This document shows positions 1-10,200 of a stretch of 64,000 bases of DNA, one piece after another. A program made the position numbers and the translations under genes. The notes beneath the pieces were generated by a model that was not told the DNA's origin, did no database searches, and was given only the letters and a program-made list of their open reading frames with translations. Location: assembly GCA_038207335.1 (NCBI GenBank), contig JBBQZX010000001.1, forward strand, positions 256,001 through 320,000, read 5' to 3'. Position 1 is the stretch's first letter. Each line of letters opens with the position of its first letter. Origin of the DNA: Chthoniobacterales bacterium (lineage in GTDB: Bacteria; Verrucomicrobiota; Verrucomicrobiia; Chthoniobacterales; Chthoniobacteraceae).

Positions 1-308
1 TCGCCGCCCGCCAGTCGCACGGTGCGCTTGCGCGGGTCGATCGACTCAGCGCGGTCTCGGATGAAGCGGCATCCAGCGCCGCCTCGCTTCACGAGCGCGG
101 CAATATCGACCTGATCCTGCTCCGGCGTGTAGCAGCCGCCGACGACACCAGTCGCGAGGCCGGAATACCAAAAGTTTTCCGGCGCCACGACGACGAGTTC
201 GAAGCCGCGTTGCGTGAATTCCGCTGCGCGGTTGATCGTGTAAAGATGCGCATGTCCAGCGCCGATGAGCAGCGCGCGCTTGCGCCGCGGATCGGCTTGA
301 GTGCTCAT
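1..308 (-). CDS. FAD-dependent pyridine nucleotide-disulfide oxidoreductase (NDH-2/SQR-like fold), N-terminal part; runs off the window edge
   Basis: Not in the ORF track. Manual translation from ATG at 308 gives MSTQADPRRKRALLIGAGHAHLYTI...FWYSGLATGVVGGCY...FIRDRAESIDPRKRTVRLAGG, with a Rossmann GxGxxH motif. ATGA overlap with the upstream gene's stop. Confidence 0.8.
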   Translation of the reverse strand, partial: MSTQADPRRKRALLIGAGHAHLYTINRAAEFTQRGFELVVVAPENFWYSGLATGVVGGCYTPEQDQVDIAALVKRGGAGCRFIRDRAESIDPRKRTVRLAGG

Positions 309-922
309 TTCGAGGACTCCAGATGCGGAAACGCCGCGACCGCGCGGAGCCAACTCGCGGCATCGTCCACGTCTTCCACCGCGTCGAGTTCGCGCCATTT
401 TAGACCCGCTCCGCGAAGTCGATCGCGCGTCTCTTGGAGCACGCTCGCTGTGCTCCAGGCGATCTCGCGAAACAACTCGGGTTGCGTGGAACGGAGTGCG
501 AGAAGGCAATATCCGCCGTCATCGGCGGGCACGATCACGGCGTCGTAATTGAGGAGTTTCGCGACCTGCCGAAACGTTCCCTCCGACAAATACGGGCAAT
601 CTCCTCCGATGAAAACGAGCGGCGCGAAGTTGCGGGTGAAGTGCGCGAGCATCGCCGCGGAAAGCCGCGCGCCGAGGTCGCCGTTGCTTTGAGCGGAATA
701 GTCGTGCGCGTCGCCGAGCCACTCGCGCATCGCGGGTTCCGCATCGGCGGGCGCGAGGCAAATGTGCGTGCGCCAGCCGCGAGGGATTTCCCGGAGCTGA
801 TGCTCGACGAGGCGGCGATAGGCGTCCGTTGCAGCAGGGAAGCCAATCTCGCGGGCGAGCCGCGTTTTCACGAAGCCTTCGACGGGCGCTTTGAGCATCA
901 GCAGCACCGTCGGAGCTGTCAC
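305..922 (-). CDS. DUF2064 / TIGR04282-type glycosyltransferase-like (CofC-like) protein
   Basis: Motifs KAPVEGFVKTRLA, QSNGDLGARL, IGGDCP, PADDGGYCLL, IAWST and DVDD. GTG start overlaps the upstream stop (GTGA). Confidence 0.85.
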   Translation of the reverse strand: MTAPTVLLMLKAPVEGFVKTRLAREIGFPAATDAYRRLVEHQLREIPRGWRTHICLAPADAEPAMREWLGDAHDYSAQSNGDLGARLSAAMLAHFTRNFAPLVFIGGDCPYLSEGTFRQVAKLLNYDAVIVPADDGGYCLLALRSTQPELFREIAWSTASVLQETRDRLRGAGLKWRELDAVEDVDDAASWLRAVAAFPHLESSK

Positions 923-1470
923 TTGAGGAAATCGAAGAACGGCGAGCTTTTCAACTGCGCGCGTTTCTTTTCATCGAGCAGCTTTCCAAATTTCTCATTG
1001 TACGGATGCACTCTCTGGGCGGGCTGGCCGTCGGCCACTATCGGGCGGTTTTCGTTTGCCCATTGAAAGATCGAGCCCTCGAGATTCGAGACGTTCGGCA
1101 CGCCGGCTTTGATGAGCTTTTCTGCCAAACTGGAGGAGCGATATCCGACCGAGCAATAGGTTACGACTGGGCGGCCCTTCGGCAGCGTCGGCAGCACGTC
1201 GGTGAGGTTTGCTGAAGGATCTACGCGGCTCGCGCCGACTAGATGGCTCACGTCGAACTCGGCTTTCGTGCGCACGTCGAGCAGCAGCGGCTTCTCGCGA
1301 TTCGAGTCGTGGAGCCACTTCGCGAGCTCGGCGGTGGAGAGTTGAGGCACGTCGCGAAATTTATCGCGCACGGTTTGTTTCACCTTGGCGAAAGCCGCGT
1401 CGTCCGCGCGCACGAAGCCGGTGCAGAGGCCGACGAGAAAGATGATCTGCGAAGGCTTGAGGAAGCTCAT
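919..1470 (-). CDS. Exported rhodanese-like domain protein
   Basis: N-terminal signal-like hydrophobic stretch; LLLDVR..EFDVSHLVGA, active-site loop YCSVGYRS, NLEGSIFQW. Confidence 0.88.
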   Translation of the reverse strand: MSFLKPSQIIFLVGLCTGFVRADDAAFAKVKQTVRDKFRDVPQLSTAELAKWLHDSNREKPLLLDVRTKAEFDVSHLVGASRVDPSANLTDVLPTLPKGRPVVTYCSVGYRSSSLAEKLIKAGVPNVSNLEGSIFQWANENRPIVADGQPAQRVHPYNEKFGKLLDEKKRAQLKSSPFFDFLK

Positions 1471-2325
1471 TTAGTTGCGCTCGTTCGCCTGCATCTCACG
1501 TTCCTGCCACGGATGCGTGGCGAAGAACGGATTGTTAATTTTTTCCTGCTCGACGGTCGAGAGGGGGCCATGGCCGGGGCAGAGAATTGTCGGGTCGGGG
1601 AGGGTGAGGATTTTCGCGAGGTTGTTTTTGAGCGCGTCGGTGTAGGAAACCATGCCGCCGCCCATCGAGCCCGCGAAGACGGCGTCGCCGACGATGGCGA
1701 GCGGCAGTGCGAGGCCGGTGATGACGTAGGTGATGCCGCCGACCGAATGGCCGCTCGTGAGGAGCGTCTTGATCGTGAGATTTCCGACCGTGAATTCGCG
1801 GCCTTCCGCAAACGACTCGGCACCGTCGAGCGGTTCTCTTTCTCCGACAAAAACGGATGCGCCGGTCTGCTCGACGAGGCGGTCGAGGTCGAAAATGTGG
1901 TCGCCGTGCGTGTGGGTGAGGAGGATGGATTTCAGCGTGAGGTCGTGCGCTTTCAAGGCGTCGAGGATGCCGGAGCAATCCGCGCCGGTGTCGAACGCTG
2001 CGGCTTCACGCGCCGCTGTATCCCAGACGAGATAGGCGTTCACTTTCATGTCCTCGTACGAGGTGTTGAATTGCGCGAGACCCTCGAGAGTGATGGGCGC
2101 GGGCTGCCATGATTTGTGACCTGACGCCGCGAGAGCGTCGGCTCCGAGGCCAAGCACTGGAGCCACTTTGCGGGCGGCGACTTCATTGAAATGACCCTCG
2201 CGCAGACGTTGGATTTCGAGTGCTTGGATGCCAGTCTGGACGGAGAGTTCGTTGTCGGAAAGTTTGAGGCCGCGCATCGCTTTGGAGATGATGTCGCTGG
2301 CGTTGTCTTCGAGTGGGATGCGCAT
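1471..2325 (-). CDS. MBL-fold metallo-hydrolase (glyoxalase II-like) with an N-terminal HTH-like extension
   Basis: THTHGDH metal motif, GHS, GDAVF and PGHG. Start set at ATG 2325 (MRIPLED). Confidence 0.85.
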   Translation of the reverse strand: MRIPLEDNASDIISKAMRGLKLSDNELSVQTGIQALEIQRLREGHFNEVAARKVAPVLGLGADALAASGHKSWQPAPITLEGLAQFNTSYEDMKVNAYLVWDTAAREAAAFDTGADCSGILDALKAHDLTLKSILLTHTHGDHIFDLDRLVEQTGASVFVGEREPLDGAESFAEGREFTVGNLTIKTLLTSGHSVGGITYVITGLALPLAIVGDAVFAGSMGGGMVSYTDALKNNLAKILTLPDPTILCPGHGPLSTVEQEKINNPFFATHPWQEREMQANERN

Positions 2326-2422
2326 GATGGGATGTTGAAACATCGCACGCGAACGGGCGAGCGCGCGGGTGATAACGGGTGCACGGGTGCGGGCTCCGCG
2401 GAGTTCGCGGGCCGACGCGCCG

Positions 2423-3652
2423 CTAGACCTCGGGGATCGTCGCTGGTGCTGGGGCGGTTTCTTTTGCGGGGCCGACGGCGGAGATGAGGAGCATCGCGAG
2501 AAGGAGGATGCCGCCGCTCGCGTAGAATGCGATGCGGGCGTAGTATGTGGCGGGGCCGGAGGCGTCGAAGGTGAGGAGATAAAACGCTAGCATCGGGCCG
2601 ACGAAGCGGCCGAGGCTGCCGGCGGATTGCATGAGGCCGAGGACGCGGCCTTGCGCGCGTCGGGTGGTGTGCTTGGAGGCGAGGCCGTTGAGAACGGGCG
2701 TGACGAAGCCGTTGCCAACCGCGATGCCGGCGCAGACCGCGAGCAGCCCTCCGAGGCTTTCGGTGTGGGCAAAGGCGAACATGCTGATGGCGAGGATGCC
2801 GGAGCCTGCGAGTGCGAGTTGCTTCTCGATCGGCTTTTTCAGAAGACGCCGGATGAGCCCGCCCTGCACTAGAACGCCAATGACGCCGACGTATGCGAGG
2901 ACGTAGCTGGAGTGCGCGATGTTGAGATTGAGGCGATGTTCGCAGAAGAGCGCGAAGAGCGCGGTCATCATGGAAAAGCCCGCGATGGAGGCGAGGTAGG
3001 CGAAGATGAGCATCGCGATCATGCGGCCGTGGCCAGTCTCGAAGACTTCGCCGAGCGTCGCCTTTTCGTGAGCCTGCACGCGGTGCTCGGGGCCGTGGGT
3101 CTCGGGGAGGAATGCGATGACGAGCGCGACATTCACGAGCGCGAGGCAGGCGGCGAAATAGAATGGGACGGCGACGCCGTATGCGTGTCCGAGCCAGCCG
3201 CCGAGGGCGGGGCCGATGATGAAACCTAGGCCGAATGCAACACCGATGAGGCCCATGCTTTTTGCGCGATTTTCCGGTGCGGTGACGTCGGCGATACATG
3301 CCTGCGCGGTGGCGATATTTCCGCCGCTCGCGCCATCGATGATGCGGCCGAGAAAGAGCATCCAAAGAGTGTTAGCCGCGCCTAAGATTGCGAATCCGAT
3401 CGCAGTGCCGAAGATGCTGCAAACCAGCACGGGTTTGCGTCCCACGCGATCGGAGATTTTCCCGAAGATCGGCCCGCAGACGAGCTGGAGCAGCGAGTAA
3501 ATGCCGACGAGCCAGCCGAGCTGCATCGGGGAGGCGTGAAATTTCGAACCTTCGGCATAGACCGGCAGGACGGGGATCATGATCCCGAAGCCGACCATAT
3601 CGATGAAGATGGTGAGGAAGATGAGGAGGAGCGGAGAGCGGGTGCGTGGCAT
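2423..3652 (-). CDS. MFS transporter (TetA/DHA1-like)
   Basis: Multiple TM helices; IFIDMVGFGI, GKISDRVGRKP, LGRIIDGASG and GFIIGPALGG motifs. Start set at ATG 3652. Confidence 0.9.
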   Translation of the reverse strand: MPRTRSPLLLIFLTIFIDMVGFGIMIPVLPVYAEGSKFHASPMQLGWLVGIYSLLQLVCGPIFGKISDRVGRKPVLVCSIFGTAIGFAILGAANTLWMLFLGRIIDGASGGNIATAQACIADVTAPENRAKSMGLIGVAFGLGFIIGPALGGWLGHAYGVAVPFYFAACLALVNVALVIAFLPETHGPEHRVQAHEKATLGEVFETGHGRMIAMLIFAYLASIAGFSMMTALFALFCEHRLNLNIAHSSYVLAYVGVIGVLVQGGLIRRLLKKPIEKQLALAGSGILAISMFAFAHTESLGGLLAVCAGIAVGNGFVTPVLNGLASKHTTRRAQGRVLGLMQSAGSLGRFVGPMLAFYLLTFDASGPATYYARIAFYASGGILLLAMLLISAVGPAKETAPAPATIPEV

Positions 3653-3776
3653 GGCGGCGGGTGGTGGAGGATTCAACAATCGGCGGGCGGGGCAAGGAGC
3701 GAATGGGGCCAAGAACGATGAAGAGGGCGACTCGTCCTTGCCGATGCGCTTCTCTGCCCTACAGTCCCCGCCCCAA

Positions 3777-6700
3777 ATGTCCTTCACCCTTTCCGCTCCA
3801 GCCCGTGCCGCGGGGCACAAATTCCTCGATCGATACCCCGCGCAGATGGCGCGTCGCGGCATGGGATATTTCGTCGGCGGTGCGGTGCAGGACGTGATGC
3901 CGATGAACGGCAAGGAGAGCTTCAGCGCGGTCGTGAGCGGGACGCGGAATTACAAAACGATGCTGGCTTTCGATCCGGCTGTGAAACGATGGGTGGCGCA
4001 GTGCAACTGCCCGATCGGCGTTCAGTGCAAGCACGCCTACGCGCTGATGAAAACGCTGCTCGTCGTGCCGCTCGGCGGCGAGGTCGCGGGTGAGGCGACA
4101 CCCGCCGTTCCCGTTGCGAAGCGGGTTCGCAGCGCACTCGCGCCGGCATTGACCGAGGCGCTCGGGCGTCCGCTCACGGCCGCGGAGGCGAAATTTCTCG
4201 AGACGATCGGGAGTGTTTTTGCGGAGGCGAAAGTGGCGCGCTCGATGACGGTCGGGGATTTTGAAAAGCTCGGCTTCGAGCTGTCGGGTCACTCCCGCGA
4301 TCGGGTCGCGCTGTGGCCTTATTTTCCAGACGATGAGCGCGAGTTCTGGCTCTACGTCGCGCTGCATCTCGAGGAGCTGGGGATTCACATCCCGGCTTTT
4401 CTCGTGCCGATCAGCGACCCGGAGCCGGTGCGCGAGACGGTGGAAAATTGGAAGCGCCGCCGCGAGATCGAGCGCTGGCAAAAGCTGCTGTCGCATCTGC
4501 ACGAGGACGTGCCGGTGGCGCCGCCGCGTGAGCTGGATTTGCAACTGCGTTTCGGGCCGGATCATGTCGTCATCGAGTCGAGGCGCGCGGGCGAGGTGGA
4601 GTTTGTGCCAATGAAGACGCCGCAGTTTCGCGCGCTGGAGACGATCACGCCGAGCGAATGCACGCCGGAGGCGGCGCAGCTTTGCCAGTGGCTTTCGGAG
4701 CGTGCGGAGTTCGGGCACGAGCCGGTGCTGAAGTATTTCGAGTCGGACGCGCAGAGCATCCTCGGCGAAATGCTGCGCGTGCCGTGGCTCGGGAGCCGGC
4801 TCGTCTCGCAGAATGGCGCACCTCTTGCCCGACCTGCTGAGCCCCTGCGCTGGGAACTCGCGGCGGCGGGCGATGCGGAGGATTATCGGCTGCGTCTCGT
4901 GGAGCCGGATGGCGATCCGGCGGGGCCATTCCTCGCGGTTTTTCAGGGCGCTCCGACGCTTTATCTCATGCGGCACACGGTCTGGACTGGCCCGGAGGTG
5001 GATGCCCGCGCGATCGATCCCGGCTCGGAAGCGCGCATCCCGGCGGCTGCCCTAGAGAGCGGACATGGCGTGCGTTTTCTCCGACGGATGGGCGTGGAGA
5101 TTCCACAGCGGCTTCGGGAGAAAATCCAGACGTTCGACGTCATGCCGCTCGTGCGGTGCGAAATCCAGGCGACGTGGCCGGGAGCGAAAGAGGAGACGTG
5201 CATCATCGAAGTCGTCGGCGAGTCGAGCGATGGCGGGATGAAGATGGTGCTCGCGCCGAATGGCTGGCGGCGCGTGGAGGCGAACGACGCGCAGCGCGAC
5301 ACGAATGTTTTCTACGACCGGACGCCGCTCGCATTCGTGCCGGCCGCGATGGAGCCGCTCGCGATGAAATGGGACGAGCACGCGCTGCACTGGCATTTGA
5401 AGGTGACGAAGAAGTTCGCCGATGTTTTTGCGACGTGGCTGCAATCCCTCCCGCCCGACCTGCCGCTCGACCTGCGCGGGGAGCTCGCTTCTTTTCAAAA
5501 AGCGGCCGTCGCGGGGACTGTGCGGCTGGATGTGGAGGAGGCGGGCGTCGATTGGTTCGACCTGCGCGTCGTGCTCGATGTGTCGGAAACAGAGCTGACG
5601 AAAGAGGAGCTGAAGCTTCTGATGGACGCGCGCGGCGGCTGGGTGCGGCTCGGCACGAAAGGGTGGCGGCGGCTGAAATTCAATCTCACCGATGAAGACG
5701 ACGGCCAGCTCGCACAGCTCGGCTTGAGCGTCGGCGATTTCTCCAGCGAGCCTCAGCGGCTGCACGCGCTGCAGCTCGCGCACAAGGCGGCGCGGCGCTT
5801 CCTGCCGGATGAGCAGTGCGACCGGATCGAGCGGCGCGCGGCGGAGTTGCAGGCGCGTGTGAACCCGGAAATCCCGAAGGCGATCAAGGCCGAACTGCGG
5901 CCGTATCAGCGCGATGGGTTCCACTTTCTGGCGTATCTCAGCGCGAATAATTTCGGCGGAATCCTCGCCGACGACATGGGTCTTGGCAAAACGCTGCAGA
6001 CGCTGACGTGGCTCGTTTGGCTGCGCGAACAGACCGTGGAGCCGTTGCCCGCGCTTGTCGTTTGTCCGAAAAGCGTGACCGACAACTGGCGCGCGGAGGC
6101 CGAGCGATTTGCGCCCGGCTTGCGCATCCGCGTTTGGTCCGGTGGCGATTTGTCGAAGCTCACGCGGGAAACCGGCACCGCGGATTTGCACGTGATCAAC
6201 TACGCGCAACTGCGCTCCGTCGGCGCGCCGCTGGCGAAGGCCGAATTCCTCGCGGTCATCCTCGACGAGGGGCAGTTCATCAAGAACCCGAGCTCGTCCA
6301 CGGCGCAGATCGCGCGGTCGTTGCGCGTCTCGCATCGCCTGATTTTGAGCGGCACGCCCATCGAAAACCGGCTGCTCGATTTGTGGAGTCTCATGGCATT
6401 CGCGATGCCGGGCGCGCTCGGCAGCCGCGCGCAATTCGTCAAACTCTACGACGGAAAAGAAGACCAGTTTGCACGGCGCCGGCTCTCCGCGCGCGTGCGC
6501 CCGTTCCTGCTTCGCCGGACGAAATTGCAAGTCGCCACTGACCTCCCGGATCGCATCGAGGAGGACCTTTACTGCGAACTCGAAGGCGAGCAGAAGACGC
6601 TCTACCGCGCCGAACTGAAGCGCGCGCAGCAGATGCTCTTGCGCATCAACTCGCCGAAGCAGCTTGCGCAGGATCGCTTTCACGTCCTCACGTCGCTCAT

Positions 6701-7265
6701 GCGACTGCGGCAGATTTGCTGCCATCCGCGGCTCATCAAGCACGAGTCGCGCGCGGAAAGCGCGAAGCTCGAGGCGCTCATCGACCAGCTCGAGCCGCTC
6801 ATCGACGAAGGGCAAAAGGTCCTCGTCTTCTCGCAGTTCGTCCAGATGCTCGACATCCTCAAGGCCGAGATGGAGAAGCGCAAATGGCCGCACTTTTACC
6901 TCGCCGGGCAGACGGAAAATCGCGGGCAGCTCGTGCGCGATTTCCAGTCGCAGGAGGGCGCGTCGGTGTTTCTGATTTCGCTAAAAGCGGGCGGCTTCGG
7001 GCTGAATCTGACGGCGGCGAGTTATGTCGTGCTGTTCGATCCGTGGTGGAATCCGGCGGTGGAAAATCAGGCGATCGACCGAACGCACCGCATCGGACAG
7101 ACGAATAAAGTCATCGCGTATCGGCTGCTCATCAAAGGCAGCATCGAGGAGAAAATCCGCGCGCTGCAGACGAGCAAACGCGCGCTGGCGGACGACGTGC
7201 TGGGCGAGGAGAAGTTCGCGCAGAGCCTGACGCTGAACGACCTGCGGCACCTCTTCGAGGACTGA
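3777..7265 (+). CDS. SWIM zinc finger / SNF2-family helicase
   Basis: SWIM motif CNCPIGVQCKH; LRPYQ, LADDMGLGKT, DEGQ, SGTPIEN, LKAGGFGLNL and QAIDRTHRIGQ. Start moved to ATG 3777 to avoid overlapping the divergent MFS gene. Confidence 0.93.
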   Translation: MSFTLSAPARAAGHKFLDRYPAQMARRGMGYFVGGAVQDVMPMNGKESFSAVVSGTRNYKTMLAFDPAVKRWVAQCNCPIGVQCKHAYALMKTLLVVPLGGEVAGEATPAVPVAKRVRSALAPALTEALGRPLTAAEAKFLETIGSVFAEAKVARSMTVGDFEKLGFELSGHSRDRVALWPYFPDDEREFWLYVALHLEELGIHIPAFLVPISDPEPVRETVENWKRRREIERWQKLLSHLHEDVPVAPPRELDLQLRFGPDHVVIESRRAGEVEFVPMKTPQFRALETITPSECTPEAAQLCQWLSERAEFGHEPVLKYFESDAQSILGEMLRVPWLGSRLVSQNGAPLARPAEPLRWELAAAGDAEDYRLRLVEPDGDPAGPFLAVFQGAPTLYLMRHTVWTGPEVDARAIDPGSEARIPAAALESGHGVRFLRRMGVEIPQRLREKIQTFDVMPLVRCEIQATWPGAKEETCIIEVVGESSDGGMKMVLAPNGWRRVEANDAQRDTNVFYDRTPLAFVPAAMEPLAMKWDEHALHWHLKVTKKFADVFATWLQSLPPDLPLDLRGELASFQKAAVAGTVRLDVEEAGVDWFDLRVVLDVSETELTKEELKLLMDARGGWVRLGTKGWRRLKFNLTDEDDGQLAQLGLSVGDFSSEPQRLHALQLAHKAARRFLPDEQCDRIERRAAELQARVNPEIPKAIKAELRPYQRDGFHFLAYLSANNFGGILADDMGLGKTLQTLTWLVWLREQTVEPLPALVVCPKSVTDNWRAEAERFAPGLRIRVWSGGDLSKLTRETGTADLHVINYAQLRSVGAPLAKAEFLAVILDEGQFIKNPSSSTAQIARSLRVSHRLILSGTPIENRLLDLWSLMAFAMPGALGSRAQFVKLYDGKEDQFARRRLSARVRPFLLRRTKLQVATDLPDRIEEDLYCELEGEQKTLYRAELKRAQQMLLRINSPKQLAQDRFHVLTSLMRLRQICCHPRLIKHESRAESAKLEALIDQLEPLIDEGQKVLVFSQFVQMLDILKAEMEKRKWPHFYLAGQTENRGQLVRDFQSQEGASVFLISLKAGGFGLNLTAASYVVLFDPWWNPAVENQAIDRTHRIGQTNKVIAYRLLIKGSIEEKIRALQTSKRALADDVLGEEKFAQSLTLNDLRHLFED

Positions 7266-7276
7266 CGCGCTGCGGC

Positions 7277-10200
7277 TTAGTTTCCGAGGAAGCGCGCGTC
7301 CGGCGACTCCACTCGGAGCACGTCCGGCAGCGCTTTCGCGTCGAGCTCGACTGTGATCGTGTGGACGCCGGCGGCGAGGTCGGCCGTCACTTTCGGCTCG
7401 GACGCCACGGCGAGCGCCTGGCCGTCGAGCCACGCTTTGTTCACGCCGGTGAAGGTCAGGTGAATCTTGCCGCCCGCTTGGAACTGCGCGCTCGCGCTCA
7501 CCTTCTCGCTTCCCTCCAGCGACTTCACGCCCTCCGCGAGCGCCTCCCGGAGCAGCCGCCCATCGGTGAGCGTGAAGACCGGGACGGTCGGGCGCGGCTT
7601 CACCAGGTCGTTCATCCCCTTGGTTGAGAGCGTCCAGACCAGCGCTGAGTGTCCTTGACTGGCGTCGAAGCCCCCCGGCTTTCCGAGCTGCGCGAGGAAG
7701 GCGAAAAGATTCCACCTTTCCCGCTCGGGCAGCGCATCGACGAGGCCCGCGGGCATGATCGAGCCGATGTTTTGCGTCGAGGCGATGTTCGCCTTCACCA
7801 CCGATTGCTCGTTCCCGGCGGCGTCGCGTAGGAAGACCTCCGTCGCCGTTTCACGCGCCTGGATACCCGTCGCCACGGTGCCGTCCCTCAGCGTCAAAGC
7901 CACGGCGTTGTAGCCTTCCTTCACCTTCGCCGCGGGGTTCACGACGCTCTCGATGATGTAATCCAGCGGCGCGCTCGCCCCGATCGAAGTCATATCCGGC
8001 CCCACCTTTCCGCCCGCCCCTCCGATCGCGTGGCAGACCGTGCAGCCGAGCGTCGCGCGGCGATACACCAGCTCGCCGAGCACCGGGTCGCCGTCGCGTT
8101 TGGTAAAGTCGGCCATCCAGGCGACATCGCGCGGCACCTTTGCATCGGTCGCGGTCATGCCGGCGAGCGGGGCGAGCGCGACCAGCAGCTTCTCGCCGCG
8201 TTTGCCCGCCTCGCGTGAGGCGCGGATGCCGGCCTCGGCGACGGGCTTGGAAAGTGCGGGCGGCAGCTTGCCGGGCAGCGTCTCGGCGAAGCCCTTTGCC
8301 GCCAGCAGACCGCGCCACATGTCCACCAGCTCCGGGTCGAAACCCGGCAGCGCCAGCACTCCGGCGAGATGCTTCGCCGCCGCCGCAGGGTTGAGCGTCG
8401 CCAGCGTCACGAATGCCTTCCGGCGATTCATCGGCGATGCATCCTCGGCAAACGTCGAGAGGAACGGCTGCCTGCCCTTTGCCACGGCCGGGTCGAGCAG
8501 CGCCTCCACCGCGCGTGCCGCCGCCGGGCTCCCGAGCGCGCGCAGCCCCTCGCAAATCGCATCCGCCAGCGGCTCATCCCGCTCCGCCGGGCCGCTCGCC
8601 AGCTCCGTCGCCATGAAGTCCGCCATCGCGTCCAGCTTCCAGTAGCCCATCGCGCGGCACACATCGCCCAGCGCCTCGCGCTGCCCGTAGATGATGAGCT
8701 GCCACGCCTCCAGCTTCCCGTTTTTGAAAGGACTCCCCGGCCGGACTCCGCGCACCCGCGCCGCCTCGGCCAGCGCCGCCGCCATCCGCGCCGCCACCGG
8801 GCCGGGGACGCGCAACGCTGCGTCGTCGATCTCGGCGATCCCCCACCGCCCGGGGTCGCCGTCCTGATTCACCCCCGCGATGAGCCGCCGGTAAAGCTCG
8901 CCGAGTTCCTTCGGCCCGCCCGCCTTCCCGATCAGCTCGATCCACGGCCCCGAGCCATCGAGCGGCATCTTGCCGCTGGCGTAGAGCTTGGAAAAAGCGG
9001 CGCTGGCGAGCGACGGCTCGATTGCGCCGAGCCCGTAGGCGAGCTGCTTCTCGTGCCCCTCCACCTTCCACTCGCCGCTCGCGATGGCGTCGGTCCACGG
9101 CTTCGCGAGATCATTGATGGAAAGCCACGCGGCGTACTCGAGGAAAGGATCGCCCTCCGACTTCACAGCGGCATCGAGCACAAGCGCGGCGCTCTTCGCA
9201 GTCCCGATCCGGGCGAGTGCGCGGATGGCCAAGACCTTTTGGCGCGGGTCCGGATAGGCAAGGTGAGACGCATAGTCAGGTAGGGCGTCATGAGGAGTGA
9301 GCCCGCCGGTGATGAACTGCATCCGGCGCGCCTGCTCCTTCTCCCAATGATTCTCCGACTGTTCGCTCTGCGCGAGTTGAGCTGCGGTCTTCCCGCCCAG
9401 CGGCTCCCACTTCACCACCGGCGCGCCTTTCTTCACCACGCGCCAGATGCGGCCGCTGTGGTGGTCGCGGCGTGGGTCGCGGAAATCCACTTCGCCGTGA
9501 TTGATCACCGGGTTGCTCCAGTCCGCGATGTAAAGCGCGCCGTCCGGGCCGAGCTTCACGTCGATCGGGCGGAAGCTCACGTCGTTCGTGCGGATGAAAT
9601 CCGGCTGCTCCTTCGCCGCGTAACCCGCCTGCGGCTTCTCCCCCTTCGCCAGATCCTCGATCGCAAACCGCACCACGCGGTGGGCGCGGAAGTCGCAGGT
9701 GATCGCATTTCCCTGCCAGTCGGCGGGGAAGACCGGCGAGTAGATGAGCTCCAGCCCCGCGAATTTCGGATACGACCCCGGGCTGATCGGCGGCGCGATT
9801 TTCTTCCCCCCCTCGTAGGCCGGATAGACCCCGCCGGGGATCACCCACGAGATGCCCGTCGAGCCCGCGCCATCGGTGGCAAAGGACTGCCCCGCCGCAT
9901 CCATCTGATGCCCCCACGAGTTCCACCAGCCCTTGGCGAAGACCTCCAGCCGTTCGGTGCGCGGATCGTAGGCGAAGATGCCGCCGCTATTGAGCCGCAC
10001 GATGCCCCACGGCGTCTCGATGTGGCTGTGGATATAGACGCTTTGGTTGAAAAAGAGGCGTCCATCCGGCCCCCAATGCAGGGTGTGGATGATGTGGTGC
10101 GTGTCCTCCGTGCCGAAGCCGCTCAGGACGATGCGCTTTTCATCCGCGAGCCCATCGCCCGTGGTATCGGCGAAATGGAGCAACTCCGTGGATTGCCCCA

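Noticed and set aside
5052..6893. 613-aa minus-strand ORF inside the SNF2 gene
   Set aside because: Antisense shadow of a clearly identified gene in high-GC DNA.
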